Shown: piece by piece, positions 1-10,263 of the stretch | Numbering within the stretch: position 1 is the first letter of the stretch | Layout: every line of letters starts with the position of its first letter | DNA from: an uncultured archaeon | GTDB taxonomy: Archaea; Iainarchaeota; Iainarchaeia; Iainarchaeales; Iainarchaeaceae | Direction: 5' to 3' | NCBI GenBank assembly: GCA_964577555.1 | Contig: CAZNZM010000001.1 | Coordinates: 125,842 to 157,841, forward strand | Length of the DNA stretch: 32,000 bases | Position numbers and translations under genes: made by a program | The notes under the pieces: model-generated | What the model saw: only the letters and a program-made list of their open reading frames with translations | The model's database searches: none | What the model was told of the DNA's origin: nothing

Positions 1-2205
1 TTCTACTCCGAGTTTTTTTGCTGTTTGTTTTATTATTTCCTTTTGGTCCCTGAATTCATTTATATTACCCACTAATGGTATTTCTATTTCTGGTATTGCA
101 ATTACTCCTTCTTTGGCGACGTTAAGGGCTGCTTCAAATATTGCTGTGGCCTGCATTTCCGTGATTTCAGGATATGTTATGCCGAGTCTGCAGCCCCTAT
201 GACCAAGCATTGGATTGAATTCATGAAGCGATGAAGATATTTCTTTTACTTTCTCAACAGTTATGCCCATTTCTTTTGCAAGTACCTTCATTTCGTCTTC
301 CTCTTTCGGCAAAAACTCGTGCAAAGGGGGGTCAAGCAATCTTATTATAACAGGGAGGCCATCCATGGCTTTGAAAATTCCTTCAAAATCCTGTCTTTGA
401 AATGGCAACAATTTAGAAAGAGCTTTTTTTCTTTCCGATTCCGTCGTAGCGAGTATCATTTCTCTTACAGACTTTATTCTTTCGCCTTCAAAAAACATGT
501 GTTCTGTCCTGCAAAGACCTATTCCTTGGGCTCCATAGTTTCTTGCGACAAGAGCATCTTTAGGGGTGTCAGCATTGGTTCTTATTTCAAGCTTCCTGAA
601 AGAATCCGCCCACTCCATTAATTCTCCAAAAGAACCAGAAAGGCCTGGTTCAACCAATGGCAATTCTCCTTTGAAAACTTCTCCGGTTGCGCCATCAATA
701 GAAATATAATCACCTTCCCTGAATTCCAAATTCTTTTTCGGAACCGCAAATTTTCTTTCTGACTCGTGAACCCTTATATCTTCACAACCCGCTACACAAG
801 ATTTGCCCATTCCCCTGGCAACAACAGCCGCATGGGAAGTCTTGCCGCCTCTTGCAGTGAGAAAACCTTGTGAAACATGCATGCCTTCTATATCTTCCGG
901 ACTGGTTTCGGTTCTGACTAAAATTACTTTTTCGCCATAACCAGCTAATTCTGTTGCGCGTTCTGCGGTGAAAACAACTTTCCCAACAGCAGCACCGGGC
1001 GAAGCCGCTATTCCTTTTGCAATAGGCTCAGAGTTCTTTTTCGCGTCAGGATCAAGTTGTTTATGCAAAAGCTGGTCAAGTTGTTCTGGTTTTACACGTA
1101 AAATAGCTTCTTCTTTTGTTATCAGTTTTTCTTTAACCATGTCAACAGCAATCTTTACTGCTGCATGCGCAGTTCTTTTACCGGTTCTTGTTTGAAGCAA
1201 GTAAAGTTTTCCGTTTTCAAAAGTGAATTCAAAATCCTGCATTTCACGGTAATGCTTTTCAAGTTTGTCATAAATCTTCAGCAATTCAGCATACATTTTT
1301 GGATGGGTTTTTTTCATTTCGTCAATTGGCATAGGCGTTCTTATGCCTGCAACAACGTCTTCGCCTTGCGCATTTACCAAAAACTCGCCATAATGCACTT
1401 TTTCCCCTGTTGATGGATCCCTCGTGAAAGCAACTCCTGTGCCAGAATTTTCCCCCATATTGCCAAAAACCATTGCTTGGACATTGACTGCTGTTCCGGC
1501 ATCGTTTCTCAAATTATGTATCCTGCGATAGCTTACTGCCCTGTTTGACATCCACGAACCAAAAACAGCATTAATTCCCATTTCCAACTGCTTCATAGGT
1601 TCCGATGGAAAACCGATTTTCTTTTCTTTCAAAACTATTTCCTTATAAGTAGCCACCAACTCCTTAAGGTCTTCAGTAGACAAATCAGTATCAAACTTAA
1701 CTCCTTTTCTTTCTTTTAATTCGTGAAGCGCCTTTTCAAATTTAGCGTGCTCTATGCCCATTACAACATCGCCAAACATTTGTATAAACCGCCTGTAAGA
1801 ATCCCAAGCAGCTCTTTCGTTTTTTGTTTGCTTTGCAAAAGCAATTACTGTTTCGTCGTTCATCCCGAGATTTAACACAGTATCCATCATGCCGGGCATT
1901 GAAACATAAGAACCGGAACGCACCGAAACAAACAAAGGCTTTTTTTTATCCCCGAATTTTTTCCCGGTTTTCTTTTCCAATCTTTTCATCGCCTTGGCTA
2001 TTTCTTCAGCAAGCCCTTTTGGCCATTTTTTATTGTGTTTATAAAATTCCTTGCAAGCTTCAGTGGTTATGGTAAATCCGTAGGGCACTTTAAGTCCCGC
2101 ATTAGTCATTTCAGCAAGCTGTGCCCCCTTGTTTCCCAAAAGAAATTGCGATTCTTCAGTATTAGGATTTTTTGATTCGTCAAACATGTACACGTACTTT
2201 GCCAT
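1..2205 (-). CDS. ppdK: Pyruvate, phosphate dikinase (C-terminus truncated by window edge)
   Basis: Not in the supplied ORF track because it runs off the edge. Reverse-strand translation begins MAKYVYMFDESKNPNTEESQFLLGNKGAQLAEMTNAGLKVPYGFTITTEACKEFY and contains the phosphohistidine motif RGGKTSHAAVVARGMGKSCVAGCEDI. GAGGTGG-like RBS upstream of the ATG. Confidence 0.93.
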   Translation of the reverse strand, partial: MAKYVYMFDESKNPNTEESQFLLGNKGAQLAEMTNAGLKVPYGFTITTEACKEFYKHNKKWPKGLAEEIAKAMKRLEKKTGKKFGDKKKPLFVSVRSGSYVSMPGMMDTVLNLGMNDETVIAFAKQTKNERAAWDSYRRFIQMFGDVVMGIEHAKFEKALHELKERKGVKFDTDLSTEDLKELVATYKEIVLKEKKIGFPSEPMKQLEMGINAVFGSWMSNRAVSYRRIHNLRNDAGTAVNVQAMVFGNMGENSGTGVAFTRDPSTGEKVHYGEFLVNAQGEDVVAGIRTPMPIDEMKKTHPKMYAELLKIYDKLEKHYREMQDFEFTFENGKLYLLQTRTGKRTAHAAVKIAVDMVKEKLITKEEAILRVKPEQLDQLLHKQLDPDAKKNSEPIAKGIAASPGAAVGKVVFTAERATELAGYGEKVILVRTETSPEDIEGMHVSQGFLTARGGKTSHAAVVARGMGKSCVAGCEDIRVHESERKFAVPKKNLEFREGDYISIDGATGEVFKGELPLVEPGLSGSFGELMEWADSFRKLEIRTNADTPKDALVARNYGAQGIGLCRTEHMFFEGERIKSVREMILATTESERKKALSKLLPFQRQDFEGIFKAMDGLPVIIRLLDPPLHEFLPKEEDEMKVLAKEMGITVEKVKEISSSLHEFNPMLGHRGCRLGITYPEITEMQATAIFEAALNVAKEGVIAIPEIEIPLVGNINEFRDQKEIIKQTAKKLGVE

Positions 2206-2285
2206 CAAGCCACCTCTATGAAAACATATTATTTACAACACTAAAAAAGAATTTAAAAGGAAAGCAAGCCAAAAAAAATGGCGAT

Positions 2286-3017
2286 TTACAAATTGGTTTG
2301 CCTGGACGTAACAATTTTTGTTGATATTCCTACAATTAAGAGTTTATCATTGTCTCTTTTAATAGTAAATTTTGTAAAAAAGTAAGGGTTTTGTTCAGGG
2401 TAAGGCAAACTGAAAACAAGTATTTGAGATTTTATTTTTTCAAAATAAGGCAATAATTCTTTTGCCAAATCTTGCGGCAATTTAGGATTTGAGGAAAGAC
2501 TATATGTTAAGTCTCTAAATTTACTAAATAAACTGGAAGGCAAGTTAATAATCTTTGAAGGATCTTTTACATGAGGATTTCCAGAACTCCAAATAACTAT
2601 TTCATAATCTTGTATTACATAGTTGTCAGGACCTTGCCCCGTCTTTTTAACATATATTATTATTTTGGCATTTCCACCGTTAAATTTTCTGTCAGAGTAT
2701 ATTTTCGCAACCGTACCAACAGGATGCTTACGAAGATTCTCATACACAAATTTTTCAAATTCTGGGGAGCGAAAATACTCTGCAAATAAGGCAGAATTTC
2801 TAACGAGCTTGTTAGGATGTTTACTGCCTTTGACAGCAAATTTTTCAAGATAATTGATTTTTTCACTAGGCGGATGAAATTTTGCAAAAACTGTTTTACC
2901 AGGCCATTTTAAAGATAGAACTTTTTGTGGGTTTTTTTTGACTTTTGGCTCATTTCGTGGCCTAAAAAGTCTAGGAATAATTGAAGGCTTAATTGGTTTT
3001 CTGGCTTTGGGCAACAT
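2286..3017 (-). CDS. Hypothetical protein, 243 aa, basic
   Basis: Long ORF on the strand opposite to its T-rich flank; no recognised family. Confidence 0.6.
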   Translation of the reverse strand: MLPKARKPIKPSIIPRLFRPRNEPKVKKNPQKVLSLKWPGKTVFAKFHPPSEKINYLEKFAVKGSKHPNKLVRNSALFAEYFRSPEFEKFVYENLRKHPVGTVAKIYSDRKFNGGNAKIIIYVKKTGQGPDNYVIQDYEIVIWSSGNPHVKDPSKIINLPSSLFSKFRDLTYSLSSNPKLPQDLAKELLPYFEKIKSQILVFSLPYPEQNPYFFTKFTIKRDNDKLLIVGISTKIVTSRQTNL

Positions 3018-3024
3018 TCAGATT

Positions 3025-3290
3025 ATAAAATTCCGCCAAAAATAAAAATAAATAGCATTTTGTCTTTTCTTGGCTAGCCATTTTTTGAGATGATTGGCAG
3101 ACTGTTTTTCAAGCCAAATTTTGTTTTAGCTAACCGTTTTTTTGAGGGTTTTTTAGGAAATTTGTTTTATTTTTTAGTTTTTTGGGTTTATTTTTGCAAG
3201 CCAATTTAGGCAATTTTATTTTTTAAATTCAAATTGTTTTTTGCTATGGTTTCTTGATTTTTTTAATTTACAACAAACGATAAACCTATT
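3025..3290. repeat. T-rich intergenic region with GGCTAGCC / CAAGCCAA motifs, related to the A/T-rich repeat family
   Basis: Repeated T runs separated by 'ttggctagcca', 'tcaagccaaa', 'tgcaagccaatt'. Confidence 0.5.
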
Positions 3291-3314
3291 TAATTATAAG
3301 CAAATGAATTTTAT

Positions 3315-4076
3315 TTGATGAAGATTTTTATAACTGGACGAAGGCAAAACTCAATAGCTTACGAAACCGGTTTAAGGGCAATCAATTTTATCAAATCAAA
3401 AAACCTAGACTTTGAAATTGACAAAAAATTTATCAACATAAAGGGAAAGTCAAAGAATAATTTTGGAAATTCTGCTGACATAGTTGTTTGTTTTGGCGGG
3501 GATGGAACGCTTCTTTCGACTTTCCACTCTTTGAAAAAAGAAATTCCAGTAATTGGAATAAATTGCGGAAGCAAGGGTTTTCTGCAAGCCTATCAAAAAG
3601 ACGAAATTGAAAAGGCAATTGAAGATATTATTTCAAAAAATATAAAATTTGAAAAAAGAACAAGAATATTAGCAAAAATAGACGGCAAAATAGTTGGAGA
3701 AGCTTTGAATGAAGTATTAATTGTTCCTGAAAAATCCGGAAGGCTTTTGCATTACACTATTGAAATTGGAAAATATTTGTCAAACGAGGCTGGCGACGGA
3801 CTTATAATAGCAACTCCCACAGGTTCCACTGCACATGCTCTTTCTGCCGGCGGGCCTATAGTAAAAGGCAACGCATCGGTTTTTGTAGTGGTTCCAATAA
3901 ACCCTGTTGATTGGAAGCACAGACCTCTTGTAATAAATGACCATGAAAAAATTGTTATTGCTGGGTTTGAAAAAATGAAAGCAGAAGCGGTAATTGATGG
4001 ACAAAAATGGTTCAAAATAAAAAACAAAATAGAGCTTGAAAAAGGGAAACATGTTTTGTTAGGAACAAAGAACTGA
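3315..4076 (+). CDS. nadK: NAD kinase
   Basis: VVCFGGDGTLLSTF (GGDG motif), IGINCGSKGFL, EAGDGLIIATPTGSTAHALSAGGPIV. Confidence 0.93.
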   Translation: MMKIFITGRRQNSIAYETGLRAINFIKSKNLDFEIDKKFINIKGKSKNNFGNSADIVVCFGGDGTLLSTFHSLKKEIPVIGINCGSKGFLQAYQKDEIEKAIEDIISKNIKFEKRTRILAKIDGKIVGEALNEVLIVPEKSGRLLHYTIEIGKYLSNEAGDGLIIATPTGSTAHALSAGGPIVKGNASVFVVVPINPVDWKHRPLVINDHEKIVIAGFEKMKAEAVIDGQKWFKIKNKIELEKGKHVLLGTKN

Positions 4077-4127
4077 TTTACGACAATTGTCAATTTTTAG
4101 CTTGACAAAAGACGAAAGATTTTTATA

Positions 4128-4358
4128 TTGGCACGCCACACAATGGTTTTAATGATTGATGAAAAGACTAAAGAATTGCTCAAAACGGGAAAAGCAAAAA
4201 TGGAAGCCAGATTGAAAATAGTAAAAGAATATTTTACTGGCAAAAGCATCAAAAGCAAATCAAAGTCCTCGGATTTGTTGAAAGCTGGTTTTGCAAAGAA
4301 AAAAACAAGAACAAAAGTGGTTGAAGAATACTTGAAAAAATTAAATCAACCATTTTAA
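4128..4358 (+). CDS. Small lysine-rich hypothetical protein (start may be internal Met at 4143 or 4152)
   Basis: ORF co-directional with the flanking operon. Confidence 0.5.
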   Translation: MARHTMVLMIDEKTKELLKTGKAKMEARLKIVKEYFTGKSIKSKSKSSDLLKAGFAKKKTRTKVVEEYLKKLNQPF

Positions 4359-4385
4359 GTTTTAGAACAGGATTGGTGTTCCAAA

Positions 4386-5696
4386 GTGAAAAACTCAAAA
4401 ATAGAAAAATTTTATGAAAAAAACCTACAAGAAAGACTTGAAATTGTAAAAAATTTTGGGGAACTGTCAAACGAGGAAATGCAAATTCTTGAAAAATTCG
4501 GGGCATTGGATTTTGAAACAGCAAACCGAATGATTGAAAATGTATATTCCACATTCCCAATGCCACTTGGAATTGCAACAAACTTTGAAATAAACGGAAA
4601 ATCATATTTAATACCTTTTGCGTTGGAAGAACCAAGCGTTGTTGCGGCGGCAAGCAACGCGGCAAAACTAAGTTCAGGCTTCACTGCCAAGGCAACAGAG
4701 CCGATAATGATAGGGCAAATACAAATAGTAAATGTAAAAAACACGAAAGAGACAATAAAAAAAATTCTTGAAAAAGAAAAAGAACTGCTTGAAAAAGCCA
4801 ATGCAATAGATTCAACTCTTGTAAAATTCGGCGGCGGCGCAAAAAAAATAGAAGCAAGGGAAATAGAGACACAAAGAGGAAAAATGATTATAATGCATTT
4901 GCTTGTTGATGTCAGGGATGCAATGGGAGCCAATGCCGTCAATACAATGTGTGAAAGAATCTCCCCAGAAGTTGAAAAAATTACAGGCGGAGAAGCCAGG
5001 CTTAGAATAATCAGCAACCTTGCAATACACAGAATTGTCGAAGCTAAAGCTATTTGGACTAAAGAAAGTCTTGGCAACGACTTTGCAAAAAAAAATGGAA
5101 TAAAAAACCCGAACCAAAAAGATATTGAAAAATTAGGGTTTGAAACAATTGAAAAAATACTTGACGCATATGAATTTGCAGCTAATGATGAATTCAGGGC
5201 TTGTACCCATAACAAAGGAATAATGAATGGTGTTGATGCTGTCGTAATTGCGACAGGAAACGACTTCAGGGCTGTTGAAGCAGGAGCTCACGCATATGCA
5301 AGTAGAAGCGGGAAATATAAGCCTTTGACAAAATACTATAAAAACAAAGACGGAAATCTTGTAGGTGAAATAGAATTGCCAATGGCTGTTGGTTTGGTTG
5401 GCGGAGCAACAAAAACACACCCGATAGCAAAAATCAATGTAAAATTGTTAGGAGTGAAAACCGCTTCAGAACTAGCTGAAATAATCGCTTCTGTAGGGCT
5501 TGCCCAAAACTTTGCCGCTTTGAAAGCCCTTGCAACAGAAGGAATTCAAAAAGGACACATGAAATTGCATGCAAAAAACATAGCCATAATCGCCGGGGCT
5601 GATAAAAAGCAAATTGACGAAGTTGCAGCAACCATGATAAAAGAAGGAAATATAAGTGTTGCAAGAGCAAAAGAAATAATAGGAGTGAAAAAATGA
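4386..5696 (+). CDS. mvaA: Hydroxymethylglutaryl-CoA reductase, class II-like
   Basis: FPMPLGIATNFEINGKSYLIPFALEEPSVVAAASNAAKL, DVRDAMGANAVNTMCE, GLAQNFAALKALATEGIQKGHMKLHAKNIA. Confidence 0.93.
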   Translation: MKNSKIEKFYEKNLQERLEIVKNFGELSNEEMQILEKFGALDFETANRMIENVYSTFPMPLGIATNFEINGKSYLIPFALEEPSVVAAASNAAKLSSGFTAKATEPIMIGQIQIVNVKNTKETIKKILEKEKELLEKANAIDSTLVKFGGGAKKIEAREIETQRGKMIIMHLLVDVRDAMGANAVNTMCERISPEVEKITGGEARLRIISNLAIHRIVEAKAIWTKESLGNDFAKKNGIKNPNQKDIEKLGFETIEKILDAYEFAANDEFRACTHNKGIMNGVDAVVIATGNDFRAVEAGAHAYASRSGKYKPLTKYYKNKDGNLVGEIELPMAVGLVGGATKTHPIAKINVKLLGVKTASELAEIIASVGLAQNFAALKALATEGIQKGHMKLHAKNIAIIAGADKKQIDEVAATMIKEGNISVARAKEIIGVKK

Positions 5697-6742
5697 TGCC
5701 TGGAATTGTTGGTTATGGTTTTTATTGCCCGAAAAAAAGAATCACCGCAGAAGAAATTGCAAGGGTTTGGAACAAAGATGGTAAAAAAATTTCTGCAGGA
5801 CTTGGCATAAAAGAAAAAGCAGTGGCGGCATGGGATGAAGATACTTCAACAATTTCGGTTGAAGCGGCAAGGCTTGCGCTTGAAGTGGCAAATATTAACC
5901 CCAAAGAAATTGACGCTATTTACGTTGGCTCAGAATCACACCCATACGCAGTAAAACCGACAGCATCAATAGTAGGCGAAGCCCTGAATGTAGGACAAGA
6001 TTATATGTGTGCAGACTTGGAATTTGCATGCAAAGCCGGAACAGCAGGATTGCAAATAGTATATGGGTTTGCAAAAGCGGGTTTGATAAGATACGGCTTG
6101 GCAATCGGGGCGGACACCGCACAAGGAAGGCCCGGAGATGCTTTGGAATTCACCGCAGGCTCTGGAGGAGCTGCTTTTATTGTTGGGACAAAACCAACCG
6201 AAATAATTGCTGAAATAAACGATACCTACTCATTTACAACAGACACGCCGGATTTTTGGAGACGACAACACGCTGAATTCCCAAGGCATGCTGGAAGATT
6301 CACCGGAGAACCGGCATATTTCAAGCATGTAATTAATGCAGCAAAAAAAATGATGGAAAAAGCAAGAATGGGTCCAAAAGACTTTACACACGTTGTTTTT
6401 CACCAACCAAACGGCAAATTTCCAGTAAGGGCGGCAAAAATACTTGGATTCAATGAAGAGCAAATAAAACAAGGATTAATCACTCCCTATATAGGAAACA
6501 CGTATTCTGGTTCATCAATGATTGGACTGGCTTCGGTGCTTGACGTCGCAAAACCTGATGACAAAATATTAGTGACAAGCTACGGATCTGGCTCTGGAAG
6601 CGACGCATTCATAATGACAATAACAAAAAACATAGAGAAAAAAAGGGCAAAAGTACCGGTGCTAAAAGCAATTGAAGAAAAAGAATACATAGACTATGCA
6701 CAATACATAATACATAGAAAAAAAATCAAGGGGATGGAATAA
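5693..6742 (+). CDS. Hydroxymethylglutaryl-CoA synthase (archaeal type)
   Basis: FACKAGTAGLQ catalytic Cys region, HQPNGKFPVRAA, GNTYSGSSMIGLASVLD; overlaps upstream stop. Confidence 0.93.
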   Translation: MMPGIVGYGFYCPKKRITAEEIARVWNKDGKKISAGLGIKEKAVAAWDEDTSTISVEAARLALEVANINPKEIDAIYVGSESHPYAVKPTASIVGEALNVGQDYMCADLEFACKAGTAGLQIVYGFAKAGLIRYGLAIGADTAQGRPGDALEFTAGSGGAAFIVGTKPTEIIAEINDTYSFTTDTPDFWRRQHAEFPRHAGRFTGEPAYFKHVINAAKKMMEKARMGPKDFTHVVFHQPNGKFPVRAAKILGFNEEQIKQGLITPYIGNTYSGSSMIGLASVLDVAKPDDKILVTSYGSGSGSDAFIMTITKNIEKKRAKVPVLKAIEEKEYIDYAQYIIHRKKIKGME

Positions 6743-7906
6743 ATGAGAAGCGTTTCAATTGTAGGGGTTGGATTGACAGAATTCGGCGAACACTGGGAAA
6801 AAAATTTTAAGGAGTTAGTAGCCGAAGCAGGAATAAAAGCAATTGAAGATTCAGGACTTCACAGAAAGGACATACAAGCTGTTTACGGGGGATGCATGGC
6901 TTCAGGCAGATTCATCGGACAAGAACACATTGGAGCACTTATAGCAGACCAACTCGGACTAAATCCGATAGCTTCAACAAGAGTTGAAGCGGCATGCGCT
7001 TCCGGTGGAGTAGCATTGAGAAACGGATATTTGGCTGTTGCATCAGGAATTTACGATGTAATAGCGGTTGGCGGAGTAGAAAAAATGACAGAAGTAAGCA
7101 CTGAAGATGCTGGATTTGCACTTGGAGGCGCTGGAGACCAAGAAACTGAACTATTCATGGGAGCAAGCTTTCCAGCACTATACGCTCTAATGGCAAGAGC
7201 ACACATGCACAAATTCGGAACTACAGAAGAACAACTTGCTGCAGTTGCGGTAAAGAACCACAAAAATGCAGAAAACAACCCATATGCACAATTCAGAAAA
7301 GCGATAACAATTGAAGAAGTCATGAATTCAGGCTATGTCGCATCGCCATTGAAATTGCTTGATTGCTCGCCAATAACAGACGGAGCGGCAGCAGTAATAA
7401 TGTGCTCCACAGAATACGCAAAAAAAATGAAGTTGGACAAAGCAGTGGAAATAATTGCATCAACACAAACATCAGATACACTTGCTTTAGCCTCAAGAAA
7501 AAACTTATACGAAATACCTGCAGCAAAACTGGCGGCAGAACAAGCTTACAAACAAGCAGGAATAACAGCAAAAGACATTGACTTTGCTGAAGTACATGAT
7601 TGCTTTACAATAGCTGAAATAATGGCTATAGAAGCACTTGGTTTTTGCAAATTGGGAGAAGGAGGAAAATTCACAGAACAAGGTAACACACAAATTGACG
7701 GACAAATCCCGATAAACACTTCAGGGGGGTTAAAAGGAAAGGGACATCCGGTAGGTGCAACCGGAGTTGCACAAGCAATAGAAGCATACTTGCAATTAAA
7801 CAACATGGCTGGAAAAAGACAAGTAAAAGGAGTAGAAATAGGACTTACACATAACGTTGGCGGTTCCGGAGCCACTGCAACAATCCACATATTCAGGAAG
7901 GCATAA
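6743..7906 (+). CDS. Acetyl-CoA acetyltransferase / thiolase (archaeal type)
   Basis: VEAACASGGVALRN (Cys), INTSGGLKGKGHPVGATG, LTHNVGGSGATATIHI. Confidence 0.93.
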   Translation: MRSVSIVGVGLTEFGEHWEKNFKELVAEAGIKAIEDSGLHRKDIQAVYGGCMASGRFIGQEHIGALIADQLGLNPIASTRVEAACASGGVALRNGYLAVASGIYDVIAVGGVEKMTEVSTEDAGFALGGAGDQETELFMGASFPALYALMARAHMHKFGTTEEQLAAVAVKNHKNAENNPYAQFRKAITIEEVMNSGYVASPLKLLDCSPITDGAAAVIMCSTEYAKKMKLDKAVEIIASTQTSDTLALASRKNLYEIPAAKLAAEQAYKQAGITAKDIDFAEVHDCFTIAEIMAIEALGFCKLGEGGKFTEQGNTQIDGQIPINTSGGLKGKGHPVGATGVAQAIEAYLQLNNMAGKRQVKGVEIGLTHNVGGSGATATIHIFRKA

Positions 7907-7908
7907 AC

Positions 7909-8322
7909 ATGGTTCAAGGAGCATTACCATTGCATTGGAGAAAATACCCTGAAAGATACAGATTAGAAGGCAATATCAACGTTGAAACAGGACAAGAATT
8001 CTTCCCAGCAAGAGTAATAGATCCACTAACAGGCAGAAAAAGCAAGTTAGAACCAAAAGAAATGCCAAGATATGGAAAAATAATTTCATGGACAAGAGTA
8101 TTCGTGGGCCCAGCAGGCTTTGAAAACGAAACACCATACTATTTGGCAATAGTTGAACTTGAAAACGGAATAAGAATACTAACACAAATAGTTGATTCAG
8201 AACCACAAAAAGTTAAAATAGGAGCAAAAGTAAAAAAAGTATTCAGAAAAATATCTGACACAGAAACCGAAGGCGCAATAGCATACGGATATAAATTTAA
8301 AGTCATAGAACAAAAAAATTAA
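7909..8322 (+). CDS. DUF35/OB-fold protein partner of thiolase/HMG-CoA synthase
   Basis: Position directly after thiolase; GKIISWTRVFVGPAGFENETPYYLAIVELENGIRILTQIV is typical of the OB-fold domain. Confidence 0.85.
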   Translation: MVQGALPLHWRKYPERYRLEGNINVETGQEFFPARVIDPLTGRKSKLEPKEMPRYGKIISWTRVFVGPAGFENETPYYLAIVELENGIRILTQIVDSEPQKVKIGAKVKKVFRKISDTETEGAIAYGYKFKVIEQKN

Positions 8323-8326
8323 GATA

Positions 8327-9262
8327 ATGAAATCAATCGGCATAGGCTATGGCAAAGCAATAATTTTTGGAGAACATTTTGTAGTATATGGGTTGCCTGG
8401 AATTGCATCTTCAATAAACCTAATTACAAAATGCACTTTCGAAAAAAACGACAACGGAATAATTTCAAATGACCTTGTAACAGGAGAAACAGTGATTTAT
8501 GGACAAGCAACATACAAAAACCTTGACAAAGTAATAGGAACAATACTAAAAGAAACAGGAATAAAAGAAAGAAATTTCAGGCTTGATTTGGAAACAAACA
8601 TGAGCCTTAAAGGGGGAATGGGGAGTTCGGCAGCATTATGCGTATCAATTGCAAAATGCCTTAACAAACAATTTTCCCTCAAACTAAATAAAGAAGACAT
8701 AAACAAAATTTCTTTTGAAGCAGAAAAAGTATTCCATAAAACGCCAAGCGGCATAGACAACACGGTTTCATGCTATGGCGGAACCATCTGGTTTGTAAAA
8801 GCAAAAACACAAAACATAATTGAAAGGTTGAAGTGCAAACCCGTTGAAATTGTAATGGCTGACACAGGAAAATCACACAACACCGCTGAAATAGTAGAAA
8901 TGGTTAGAAAACAAAAAGAAAAAGAACCTGAAAAATACAAAAAAATATTCGAAGAATATGAGAGGCTCGTTTATAAAGGAAGAAAAGCTCTTGAAGAAGA
9001 AAACTGGCAAACAGTGGGAAAACTTATGAATAAAAACCATGAATTGCTAAAACAAATAAACGTAAGCTGTGAAGAAAACGATTTAATAAAAGAAATATCA
9101 ATAAAAGCCGGGGCTTTGGGGGCAAAATTGACCGGTGCAGGCCTAGGAGGAAACAATATTGCATTGACTCCTGGAAAAGCATTACAAGAAAAAGTGGCAA
9201 AAGCAATAGAAAAAAAAGGATTCAAAACATATAAATTAAAAATCGGGGTGAAGCCGAAATGA
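8327..9262 (+). CDS. mvk: Mevalonate kinase (GHMP)
   Basis: GKAIIFGEHFVVYGLPGIA, MSLKGGMGSSAALCVS, KLTGAGLGGNNIAL. Confidence 0.92.
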   Translation: MKSIGIGYGKAIIFGEHFVVYGLPGIASSINLITKCTFEKNDNGIISNDLVTGETVIYGQATYKNLDKVIGTILKETGIKERNFRLDLETNMSLKGGMGSSAALCVSIAKCLNKQFSLKLNKEDINKISFEAEKVFHKTPSGIDNTVSCYGGTIWFVKAKTQNIIERLKCKPVEIVMADTGKSHNTAEIVEMVRKQKEKEPEKYKKIFEEYERLVYKGRKALEEENWQTVGKLMNKNHELLKQINVSCEENDLIKEISIKAGALGAKLTGAGLGGNNIALTPGKALQEKVAKAIEKKGFKTYKLKIGVKPK

Positions 9263-10263
9263 GCCAAACAATGAAAGCGACAGCAATTGCAAACGCCAAC
9301 ATAGCATTAGTAAAATACTGGGGAAAAAGAGACCAAAAACTTACTCTGCCACAAAATTCAAGCATATGCATGGTTTTGGATAAATTATATACAATAACAA
9401 CAACAGAATTCTCAAAAAAACTGACACATGACACTCTTATAATTGATGGAAAAAAAGCATCACAGCAAGAACTTGAAAGAACAACAAAACACTTAGATAT
9501 TATCAGAGAGATAGCTGGAAAAAAAATTTATGCTCACATTGAAAGCAAAAATAATTTTCCAAAATCGGCAGGCTTGGCGAGTTCGGCTTCCGGATTTGCG
9601 GCTCTTACACTATCTGCAACAAAAGCAATTGGTTTGGAACTGAATGAAAAAGAACTAAGCATAATTGCAAGGCAAGGTTCTGGAAGTGCAGCAAGAAGCA
9701 TTCCAGGAGGATTTGTAGAACTCACAAAAGGAACCAAAAGCGATGGCTCGGATTGTTTTGCATTCCAAATAGCACCAAAAGAACATTGGCCAGAACTTAC
9801 AATGATTGTTGCAGTAGTTACGAAAAAAGAAAAGCAAATTTCATCAACAAAAGGAATGGAAAACACAGTTGAAACATCACCTCTTTACAAAGCTTGGCTT
9901 GAAACAATAGAAGAAGACCTTGAAAAAACCAGAAAAGCAATAAAAGAAAAAAACATTGAATTGCTAGGCAAGACAGCAGAAATGAATTGTCTAAAAATGC
10001 ACTCCACAATGCTTACAACCGAACCACACATCATATATTGGGAACCTGAAACAATAAAATTGATAAAAGAAGTAATGAAAATGCGCTCCGAAGGAATAGA
10101 ATGCTATTTTACAATAGATGGCGGACCACAAGTAAAAATAATATGCTTAGAAAAAGACAGAAAAAAAGTTGAAAAAAAAATCAAAAAAATGAAAGAAGTA
10201 AAAGCAATCTATTCCTGCCATGCTGGAGACGGAGCAAGAATTGAAAAAAAAGGGTTATTCTAA
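9259..10263 (+). CDS. mvaD: Mevalonate phosphate/diphosphate decarboxylase (MVD family)
   Basis: ATAIANANIALVKYWGKRDQKLTLPQNSSICMVLD, SAGLASSASGFAALTLSA, QGSGSAARSIPGGFVE, TIDGGPQVKIIC. Substrate (MVA-5-P vs MVA-5-PP) cannot be assigned from sequence. Confidence 0.9.
   Translation: MSQTMKATAIANANIALVKYWGKRDQKLTLPQNSSICMVLDKLYTITTTEFSKKLTHDTLIIDGKKASQQELERTTKHLDIIREIAGKKIYAHIESKNNFPKSAGLASSASGFAALTLSATKAIGLELNEKELSIIARQGSGSAARSIPGGFVELTKGTKSDGSDCFAFQIAPKEHWPELTMIVAVVTKKEKQISSTKGMENTVETSPLYKAWLETIEEDLEKTRKAIKEKNIELLGKTAEMNCLKMHSTMLTTEPHIIYWEPETIKLIKEVMKMRSEGIECYFTIDGGPQVKIICLEKDRKKVEKKIKKMKEVKAIYSCHAGDGARIEKKGLF

Noticed and set aside
4412-5215. 267-aa minus-strand ORF and the other antisense ORFs across the mevalonate operon
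   Set aside because: Composition-driven shadows of well-supported + strand genes.
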